64,000 nt of DNA. Source: an uncultured bacterium. GTDB taxonomy: Bacteria; Verrucomicrobiota; Lentisphaeria; Victivallales; UBA1829. The stretch lies in assembly GCA_902762495.1 (NCBI GenBank), contig CACWOL010000001.1, forward strand, positions 5,548-69,547, written 5' to 3'. How positions within the stretch are numbered: position 1 is the first letter of the stretch; every line of letters begins with the position of its first letter. Of this stretch, positions 57,195 through 64,000 are shown piece after piece. A model generated the notes under the pieces. That model worked only from the letters and a program-made list of their open reading frames with translations. It searched no databases and had not been told where the DNA came from. The position numbers and the translations under genes are program-made.

Positions 57195-58424
57195 TTATTT
57201 CGCAGTCGGATCGTTGACGCGGCCCGCGAAGAGGACGAGTCCGGTCTGGTTGTCGCGGATGAGGACCATGAACGGACGGTCGGCGCGGAACTGGTGGACG
57301 GGGTCGGGCATGCCGATGGAGGTGATCCTCGCCATGCCGATGGCGGTGGCGGCGGCGGCCTTCGTGGAGACTTCGTCCATCTTCAGAGCGGTCTTGTGCA
57401 CCACGTTTTCGATCTTGAGCGCTTCCTCGGTGTCGATGCCGGAGAAGTCGGCGAAATTGGAGAACGGGGTCTTCATGCCGAGGCCCTGGAGGGTCTTGTT
57501 GAGATCGAGCTTGCAGGTCAGGTCGGTCTTCGGCAGCCAGACGCGCGTTTCGCCGCCCTGACGGCTTCCGAGCCAGGCGTCAAGCTTGTCGCCGATGGAG
57601 GCGGCCATCTTCGCCAGCGCGGCTTCGCCGTGGTCGGTCCCGCCGTCGATCGGCATGAGCGCGACGAGTTCGAAGCGGCGGTTTTCGTAGGGCAGGACGA
57701 TGGCGTGGACGTTGTCCTGAGGCGCCGCGCAGTAGGCGATGCCTTTGCTCTTCTGGTACATCATCTGGACTTCCTTCTCCGCGCCGCCGAACTGCGTGAA
57801 GACCATCGGCTTCGTGTCGTCCTTCGGGAACGGGTTCGCCCATTTCGCCTCGAAGTACAGCGTGTTCAGCAGGACCATGGAGGAATCCTTGCTGAAGAAA
57901 TCGGGCGTGAGGAGGTCCTTGATCATGTTTTTCGTGCGGGCTTCGACGTAGGCGTTGATCTTCGCGGCGACCTTTGCGGACTGGCCGAAATCCTCCTTGT
58001 AGAACGCACCGCCGTAATACTTTTTGATCATTTCGGTGAATTCGGGCAGCACATTCTGGTCCGTGTCGGTCCAGACGGAGTTGGAGACCAGGACTTCGGT
58101 CTTTTCCGCCTCGGCGTACTGTTTCGTGACGGAGTCGAAGAACGCGCCGCAGGTCGCGGGATCGGCGGGCAGGCCGAGCACCTTGCGGATCTCGTCGGCG
58201 GTCGTGCCCTTCGCGCCGCAGTAGACCATGCCGAACGCGCCGTCGATGCTGAACGGCGAGATGAACATGTTTTTCTTCGCGTCCGCCTTGCAGACGGTAT
58301 CGAAGAGCTTGAAGCCCTGACGGTTCAGTTCGGCGGCGACCTTCTGGTCGGCGGCTTCGTCGGCGAACGCGGGCAGCGCGACGCTCATGGCACACAGGGC
58401 GGCGTGAAACAGTGTTTTTTTCAT
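57195..58424 (-). CDS. Serpin-family protease inhibitor with signal peptide
   Basis: Signal peptide MKKTLFHAALCAMSVALPAFA. NMFISPFSIDGAFGMVYCGAKGTTADEI, an Ala-rich hinge DEVSTKAAAATAIG, and the C-terminal FRADRPFMVLIRDNQTGLVLFAGRVNDP. Confidence 0.9.
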   Translation of the reverse strand: MKKTLFHAALCAMSVALPAFADEAADQKVAAELNRQGFKLFDTVCKADAKKNMFISPFSIDGAFGMVYCGAKGTTADEIRKVLGLPADPATCGAFFDSVTKQYAEAEKTEVLVSNSVWTDTDQNVLPEFTEMIKKYYGGAFYKEDFGQSAKVAAKINAYVEARTKNMIKDLLTPDFFSKDSSMVLLNTLYFEAKWANPFPKDDTKPMVFTQFGGAEKEVQMMYQKSKGIAYCAAPQDNVHAIVLPYENRRFELVALMPIDGGTDHGEAALAKMAASIGDKLDAWLGSRQGGETRVWLPKTDLTCKLDLNKTLQGLGMKTPFSNFADFSGIDTEEALKIENVVHKTALKMDEVSTKAAAATAIGMARITSIGMPDPVHQFRADRPFMVLIRDNQTGLVLFAGRVNDPTAK

Positions 58425-58635
58425 GGTTTTGCTCCTTGTATGGGGGGGTTCAGATCGTTTTCTATGAATTAGACGGTCGAAACGCGGAAATCTTAGCGGA
58501 GAATCGCGTTTTTTTCAAAAAAACATCGGATTCTTTTATGTATTGCTGGCGTTTTTCCTTGATTTCATACCTTTTTATGCTATTGTAACTGCATGAACGA
58601 CAATCCGCAACCGGAAAAACGGAGCCTCAACGGAC

Positions 58636-59025
58636 ATGGAACACGGCAACACACCTGACGACGGGATCGCCTCGGAACAGGCATCCGGCCCCGTGGCGGC
58701 ATTTCAGGATAAAATGGAAACCTGGACCGACAGGGTCGGCTATGGCGCATATCGCGGCCTGATCTGCGGACTCTTCACGGCGTGGGGGCTTGCCGCTGTG
58801 CAGGTGGTTTTCGGGATCATACAAGTCGTACTCACGCATTCTTACGGCAAACAGGACACTGTCACACTCGGCGAGGCTCTTGTAAATATATTTTTCCTCG
58901 TGGTCGGGTGGTCCATTTTCTTTCCGCCGGTCGGAGTGATCGTCGGAGCGTTCCTGGGGGCCGTGGGGATCATCCGGAAGAAAAAACCTGCGAATGAACC
59001 GCCCCCGTCCGAACCGGAGCCGTGA
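58636..59025 (+). CDS. Small membrane protein, unknown function
   Basis: 129 aa with about three hydrophobic segments. I recognise no family. Confidence 0.45.
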   Translation: MEHGNTPDDGIASEQASGPVAAFQDKMETWTDRVGYGAYRGLICGLFTAWGLAAVQVVFGIIQVVLTHSYGKQDTVTLGEALVNIFFLVVGWSIFFPPVGVIVGAFLGAVGIIRKKKPANEPPPSEPEP

Positions 59026-59032
59026 GCCAGTT

Positions 59033-59413
59033 TTATTCCGGCTTGAAGACCTTGGAATCGAGCGACCGGATGCTCCGGAAATGCTTCTGATTGGCGCTGC
59101 ACAACGTAAGGGAATGCTCGCAGGCTGTCGCAAAGACCAGCGCGTCGGCGAGCTGGATGCCGGAGCGCAGCGCGTGTTCCTCAATGAAGATCACGGCGCG
59201 GTGCGAGATCGCCTCCGTGATCGGCAGGACGGTGAAATCCAGCGCGTTCAGGAACTGCTTGATCAGGCTCTGTTCTTGTCTGCTCCGCGCGCCCTGCATC
59301 AGCTCCATGTAGTTGACCGCGGAGATGAAGCGGTTTTCGTCGTCATCGATCTCCTTCGCCGCCTTCTTCGAGCCGCGAAGCGCCCAGATCAGGACATCCG
59401 TATCGAACAGCAT
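59033..59413 (-). CDS. vapC: PIN-domain toxin (VapC-like)
   Basis: Start chosen at ATG 59413 (MLFDTDVLIWAL..). Acidic residues fall in PIN positions (DTD, ..MEL.., ..ADALV..). Confidence 0.8.
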   Translation of the reverse strand: MLFDTDVLIWALRGSKKAAKEIDDDENRFISAVNYMELMQGARSRQEQSLIKQFLNALDFTVLPITEAISHRAVIFIEEHALRSGIQLADALVFATACEHSLTLCSANQKHFRSIRSLDSKVFKPE

Positions 59414-59658
59414 CAGCGGAACCTCGGTCTGCGGATCGTTTCCACGTAGGCGGCAGGATCGGCCATATCGGGGCGGTCGCTCCACATGCCGAACGCGGCA
59501 AGATCGGCGGTTTTGACCTTCGACTTTTTCGTTTGGACAAGGGGGACGATGACGGCGCGGCGTTTCCCGCGATGCGTGAGCGTGACCGTTTCGTGGCGGT
59601 CGATGGCCGTCATGACCTCGCGCATTCTTTTTCTGAGATCCAGGACACTTGCTTCCAT
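59413..59658 (-). CDS. Phd/YefM-like antitoxin
   Basis: Only the last 81 codons of track ORF 59413-61011 are used: MEASVLDLRKRMREVMTAIDRHETVTLTHRGKRRAVIVP. AGGAGG lies 6 nt upstream of ATG 59658. The stop shares one nucleotide with the vapC ATG (TGATG). Confidence 0.75.
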   Translation of the reverse strand: MEASVLDLRKRMREVMTAIDRHETVTLTHRGKRRAVIVPLVQTKKSKVKTADLAAFGMWSDRPDMADPAAYVETIRRPRFR

Positions 59659-59753
59659 GGTTCGCCTCCTTTGAAAGTGTACACTTGTACTATACACTTC
59701 TTTTGCGAAAATGCAAGCGGAAATCTGTATTTTTGTTCGGGATGAGCGGGAAA

Positions 59754-61553
59754 TCAATACGTCAGCTCGTTCATGGAGAACGGCTTGAACGACTTGATTT
59801 TCCGTTCGCGCGCGGCGGGATCGACGGAGAGGTATTTCCAGCGGTTGAACGCGAAATCGTGCGGCATGTAGCCGGAGAGCCATTCGTGCGCCATCACGAA
59901 GCACATGGTGTGCGTCTCGAAGATCCAGGGGCATTCCCCCTGCAGGAACCGGATCATTTCGCGCGATTTCGCGGCGTACTCGGCGGGATCGGAGATCGCG
60001 AGGAATTCGCGGTACATGGCGTCGTACTCCGCCGAACGGTAGTTCACGCGGTTGCAGCCGCCGGCGTTCTCGCCGTAGAAGAGCTGGAGGAAGTTTTCGG
60101 CATCGGGATAGTCGGCGGTCCAGGAGTAGCGGAAGAGCTGGATGCTGCCTGCGCGGAGTTTCTGCACGAAACGCGGCCAGGTGTTGAACTCCGGCTGGAT
60201 CTCGATCCCGATCTCCGCCATGTCGTTCGCCATCAGCTCGGCGGTCTGGCGGTAGAACGTGTCGCTGCCGGTCTGGTCGAACGTGATCACGAGCGCGCGC
60301 CCGGTCTTCGGGTCGATGCCGTCCTTGTAACCGGCGAGTTCGAGCTCGCGTTTCGCAGCGGCGATGTCGCGGTGTCCGAGCTCGGGATGGGGTTCCGTAA
60401 CCGCGCCTGAGACGCCCGGCGGGACCGGCCCGTAGGCGGCGGAGAAACGGCTCCCGGAGTGTTCGATGCGGCGTTCGCGGTCGAACGCGAGCGTGATGGC
60501 GCGCCGGAGGTGCGGATTGCCGCCGAGGAGAGGATCGGTGAAATTGAAGCCGATGTAGTTGGTCTCGAGCTGGGGACGGGAGAGCAGGCGGATGCCGCGT
60601 CCGCGCAGCGCGGGCGACAGCTGCAGATCCTTGTTCACGACCGCCTCGAAACATTCGCTGTCCGGCACATACAGGTCCAGGCGGCCCTGCAGGAACATCA
60701 GCCACGAGGCGAGGGGCTGTTTCACGAGGTAGCAGGAGATGCGGTCGGCGGCGGGCAGCGTGCTGCCGTCGGATTCCGCGTGGTAGCCGTCGTAGCGCGC
60801 CATTTCGATGATGTAGTCCTTCTCCCAGCGGGTCAGGCGGAACGGCCCGGATCCCTGCGGATGGTCCGCGAAGTCGTCGCCGTAATGCTCCAGCGCGCGA
60901 CGGGAGACAACGGCGGTGTACGGCAGGGCGAGGGCGTACAGGAACCTCGGATCGGCTTTTTCCAGATGAATGACGAGCGTATGGTCGTCCTTGATCTCCA
61001 GTCCCTCGCACAAATCATCGTAGGGCGAAAGATCGCCTTCGGCGGCGGCTTCCGTGCGTTTCTGGAACGCGTCAAGCCCGCGGATGCGGTCGCGGATCAG
61101 CCAGAATCCGGGCGAACGCAGCCGCGTGTCGGCGAGGCGCAGGATGGAAAACGCGACGTCGCGCGCGGTGATCTTCCGGGCGGATTCGTCTTCGTCCGCG
61201 AAGACTTCGCCGTCCTGGAAAAAGAGGTCGTCGCGGAGCGTGCAGGTGTAGGCCGTGCCGTCGGCCGAGACTTCCGGCATGGCGGTCAGCATGCACGGTT
61301 CGAGCTGGTATTCGCCCTCGGCGTAACGGTATTGCAGGAGCGTGTCGTAGAACGCGCCGCAGACGTACTGGCTGGTGGTGTCGGCGGCGAGCGCGGGATC
61401 GAGCGTGTTGATCTGCTTGCCGAGGCTCATCACCACGCGTTTTTCCGTGGCGGCGTCCCTGTCCCCGTCTCCGCAGGCGCAGAGGACCAGGAAGAGTGGA
61501 CAAAGCAGGGCCGCGTACAGGAAACGTTGAATTGAGGAGAAAATAACGTTCAT
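59754..61553 (-). CDS. ABC transporter substrate-binding lipoprotein, family 5 (peptide/nickel type)
   Basis: Lipobox VLCAC. LDPALAADTTSQYVCGAFYDTLLQY and the overall size of about 600 aa are typical of OppA/DppA-type SBPs. Confidence 0.85.
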   Translation of the reverse strand: MNVIFSSIQRFLYAALLCPLFLVLCACGDGDRDAATEKRVVMSLGKQINTLDPALAADTTSQYVCGAFYDTLLQYRYAEGEYQLEPCMLTAMPEVSADGTAYTCTLRDDLFFQDGEVFADEDESARKITARDVAFSILRLADTRLRSPGFWLIRDRIRGLDAFQKRTEAAAEGDLSPYDDLCEGLEIKDDHTLVIHLEKADPRFLYALALPYTAVVSRRALEHYGDDFADHPQGSGPFRLTRWEKDYIIEMARYDGYHAESDGSTLPAADRISCYLVKQPLASWLMFLQGRLDLYVPDSECFEAVVNKDLQLSPALRGRGIRLLSRPQLETNYIGFNFTDPLLGGNPHLRRAITLAFDRERRIEHSGSRFSAAYGPVPPGVSGAVTEPHPELGHRDIAAAKRELELAGYKDGIDPKTGRALVITFDQTGSDTFYRQTAELMANDMAEIGIEIQPEFNTWPRFVQKLRAGSIQLFRYSWTADYPDAENFLQLFYGENAGGCNRVNYRSAEYDAMYREFLAISDPAEYAAKSREMIRFLQGECPWIFETHTMCFVMAHEWLSGYMPHDFAFNRWKYLSVDPAARERKIKSFKPFSMNELTY

Positions 61554-62068
61554 TCTTCGTCCACACCTCCCCCTTCTTCGCGCATCCAGCGGTCCGCCGC
61601 ATTGATGGCGTCTTCATATGAAAAACCGCGCCCAACGAGACAGCGCACGGCTTTCGCCTTGCGTTTGCGCACGTCGGGTTCGCGGCGGAACTGCGCGGCT
61701 TTCCGGTGAAGCACGGTGAACGCGTTGTCGCCGTCTTCGGACTGCCCGGAATCAACGGGTTCCGCGTCTTCGTCCTTCCCGTTCAAAGTCTGCTCGATGA
61801 TCTCCTGCGGGATGCCGCGTTTGCGGAGCGCCATGCGGATGCGTGCCGGACCGTATCCGCGCGAACGGTAGGACCGCGCGACGTCCTCGGCAAGGAAATC
61901 GTCGTGGAGCGCGCCCATGCGCTTGACAGCAAGCACGGCCTCGTCGATCTCGGCGGGCGAAAAGAGCTTTTTCGCAGCGAGTTTCGAGTGGAGTTCGGCG
62001 GTGGAGACGAGGCGTTTCGCAAGGATTTCCACTGCAACGACGAGCGCGGTTTTCTTTTCGGGGGGCAT
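61550..62068 (-). CDS. recX: Regulatory protein RecX
   Basis: Repeated three-helix pattern: RLVSTAELHSKL..K..S...I.EAV......G.L.D..FA......R.RGYGP.RI...L..RGI. It is not adjacent to recA. Confidence 0.75.
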   Translation of the reverse strand: MPPEKKTALVVAVEILAKRLVSTAELHSKLAAKKLFSPAEIDEAVLAVKRMGALHDDFLAEDVARSYRSRGYGPARIRMALRKRGIPQEIIEQTLNGKDEDAEPVDSGQSEDGDNAFTVLHRKAAQFRREPDVRKRKAKAVRCLVGRGFSYEDAINAADRWMREEGGGVDEE

Positions 62069-62125
62069 GTCCGGGTTCTTTCTATGTTGATTCAGGGAAA
62101 AAGATACACCGGAATCATGCGAAAA

Positions 62126-63451
62126 TCAACCCGGTTCGTTGATTATTTCGGCAAAAAGCGCGCCGACCGGGAGGAATCGCAGGAACTTCACGCGCAGAAG
62201 CTTGCGCGCGATGTCCGATTCGCTGCTCACGATGGTGCGGACGTAGTTCCCGGACCAGCCGTCCCAGAGTTCCTTCTTGTTGCAGTTGGTCTCGATCAGG
62301 ACGGCGCCAGTCGTGCCGACGAGGCTCTTCGCGAACTTCTGCGCGCATTCCTCCTTCAGCGCCTTGAGCTGTTCGATGCGGTCCGCGACCACGGTCTTCT
62401 GCACCTTGTCCGACATGTCCGCGGCCGGGGTGCCGGAACGTGGCGAATACGGGAAGACGTGGATGTTCGCGAAGTCCGTTTTGCGGAGGAACTTGAGCGA
62501 TTCGGCGAAATCCGCGTCGGTTTCGCCGGGGAACCCGACGATGATGTCCGTGCCGAGGTGGAGATTTGGGATCGCCTCGCGGGCGTACGCGGCATATTCG
62601 GCGAATTTCGCGGTGCCGCAGTGGCGATTCATGGCCTTCAGTATCCTGTCGCAACCGCTCTGGAGCGGCAGATGCAGGAACTCGCAGACCTTCGCCGCGT
62701 TCCGTTTCATGGCGTCGACGATGGGGAAGAGTTCGTCGCAGGGTTCAGTGGAGCTCAGGCGGATGCGGAAATCGCCGGGGATCTCGCACAGACGGTCGAT
62801 CAGCTCCGGCATCCCGACCTTGCCCGCCTTGTAATGGCAGGTGTTCACGCCGGTCAGCACGATCTCGTGGAACCCGTCGTCGACGGCCTTCCTGAACTCG
62901 GCGGTGATTTCCTTCAGGTCGCGCGAACGTTCCGGACCGCGCGCGGTCGGGACGATGCAGTAGGAACAGCTGTTGTTGCAGCCTTCCTGCACCTTGATGA
63001 ACGCGCGGGACCGGAACGGGAACACGCCCTGCGCCTGTTCGGCGAAGATACCCTTCGCGAGCTTCGGCGCGGCGGGCACATCGCGTTTTTCCAGCAGTGC
63101 GAGGTATTGGGGCAGGATCGTCTCGATGTCCTTCTTCTGCTCGTTGGTGAGCACAAGGTCGATGTCCTGGTTCTGTTCCAGCTCGTCCTTGCTCACGTCC
63201 GCGGCGCATCCGGTGAAGACGATGAACGACTGCGGGTTTTCCGCTCGGATCGAACGGAGCGCCTGCTTGCTTTTCTTGTAGGCCGTCTCGGTGACCGTGC
63301 AGGAGTTGACGAGGATGAGGTTCGGACTGCTGGACGCGTCCGGGGAAACGATCTGGAATCCGAGGCGGATGAGTCTGTCGTTCAGGAGCGCGCTGTCGGC
63401 CTGGTTGAGCCGGCAGCCAAGTGTTATGACCGCTGCAGTGATCGGTTTCAT
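62126..63451 (-). CDS. Radical-SAM methylthiotransferase of the MiaB/MtaB family
   Basis: N-terminal UPF0004 TLGCRLNQADS, radical SAM EGCNNSCSYCIVPTARG (CxxxCxxC), C-terminal TRAM-like region. I cannot distinguish MtaB from MiaB by eye. Confidence 0.85.
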   Translation of the reverse strand: MKPITAAVITLGCRLNQADSALLNDRLIRLGFQIVSPDASSSPNLILVNSCTVTETAYKKSKQALRSIRAENPQSFIVFTGCAADVSKDELEQNQDIDLVLTNEQKKDIETILPQYLALLEKRDVPAAPKLAKGIFAEQAQGVFPFRSRAFIKVQEGCNNSCSYCIVPTARGPERSRDLKEITAEFRKAVDDGFHEIVLTGVNTCHYKAGKVGMPELIDRLCEIPGDFRIRLSSTEPCDELFPIVDAMKRNAAKVCEFLHLPLQSGCDRILKAMNRHCGTAKFAEYAAYAREAIPNLHLGTDIIVGFPGETDADFAESLKFLRKTDFANIHVFPYSPRSGTPAADMSDKVQKTVVADRIEQLKALKEECAQKFAKSLVGTTGAVLIETNCNKKELWDGWSGNYVRTIVSSESDIARKLLRVKFLRFLPVGALFAEIINEPG

Positions 63452-63538
63452 GTTATGTTGCGATAGATAATTGACTGGGAAAAAGAAGCCCTGCCGGGGT
63501 TGCGGCCCGGCGGTTTGAGCAAGGTGTGAGGGTTCGGA

Positions 63539-64000
63539 TCAGGAACGGATCTGGCCCGTGCCGTAAATCTTGTACTTGTAGGAGGTGAGTTCGGGGAGGC
63601 CCATCGGACCGCGCGCATGGAACTTGTCCGTGCTGATGCCCATTTCCGCGCCCATGCCGAACTCGCCGCCGTCGGTAAACCGCGTGGAGGCGTTCCAGTA
63701 CACGGCCGCGGAGTCGACGTTATCCAGGAAGAACTGCGCGTTCGCCTCGTCGGTCGTGAGGATGCTGTCGCTGTGGCCGGAGCCGTAGCGGTTGATGTGG
63801 TCGACGGCTTTCTTCACGCCGTCCACGATGCCGACCGTGACGTCGAGCGAACCGTATTCCTTCGGCCAGTCCTCCTCGGTGGCGGGGACGACCGCGACGG
63901 GCGCGGCGAGCTTCGTGAAGGCTTCGTCTCCGTGCATGGTCACGCCGAGCTGAGCAAGCCTCGCGGCGAGTTTCGGGGCAAATTCGGGCGCGATCGAGGC
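63539..64000 (-). CDS. proA: Gamma-glutamyl phosphate reductase, C-terminal part (gene continues beyond the window)
   Basis: HINRYGSGHSDSI, NASTRFTDGGEFGMGAEMGISTDKFHARGPMGL. Confidence 0.9.
   Translation of the reverse strand, partial: ASIAPEFAPKLAARLAQLGVTMHGDEAFTKLAAPVAVVPATEEDWPKEYGSLDVTVGIVDGVKKAVDHINRYGSGHSDSILTTDEANAQFFLDNVDSAAVYWNASTRFTDGGEFGMGAEMGISTDKFHARGPMGLPELTSYKYKIYGTGQIRS

Noticed and set aside
59413-61011. 532-aa minus-strand ORF.
   Set aside because: Only the last 81 codons make sense, as a Phd/YefM-like antitoxin with its own RBS. The upstream Arg/Pro-rich part is an alternate frame of the substrate-binding protein gene 59754-61553.

Overview
GC-rich bacterial chromosomal segment, with coding density high on both strands and many long antisense shadow ORFs. 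The gene content points to a strict anaerobe. A prepilin-type H-X9-DG protein and the general gene style hint at the PVC superphylum (Lentisphaerota, Kiritimatiellota or Verrucomicrobiota); this is inference only. Housekeeping genes I recognise: rny, recA, gyrB, ftsK, rodZ-like, ftsQ-like, recX, a MiaB/MtaB-type methylthiotransferase, proA (partial), 5-formyl-THF cyclo-ligase, a Na/Pi-PhoU transporter and a partial response regulator. Redox content is prominent. There is a canonical trimeric HydABC-type [FeFe] hydrogenase operon (11875-16066), a second NuoE/NuoF pair coupled to a GltD/NfnB-like subunit (35071-39313, Stn-like), and a third, atypical [FeFe]-hydrogenase-like gene with a small [2Fe-2S] partner (41061-42739). 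Accessory regions worth attention: (1) a visibly AT-richer island at about 8310-11815 with an XRE-ImmA/IrrE fusion, an orphan 130-aa protein, about 360 nt of hairpin-rich non-coding DNA and an MT-A70 methylase plus BglII/BamHI-like endonuclease pair; (2) an AT-rich islet at 34320-35000 with a solitary PD-(D/E)xK-like protein; (3) a tandem array of five diverged paralogs at 53177-56945, which I cannot assign to a known family, interrupted by a truncated Bro-N fragment and preceded by two near-identical palindromes; (4) a VapBC-type toxin-antitoxin pair, a bacterial serpin, a MlaA-hydrolase fusion and a PurF-like protein lacking the Cys1 nucleophile. Recurrent non-coding signals are a 3-copy GC-box plus AT-hairpin element, CGTTTTTTTC(G)AAAAAAA palindromes and a conserved extended -10 box (GTGCTATATTAT-like). 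I found no rRNA, complete tRNA, CRISPR array, transposase or integrase.
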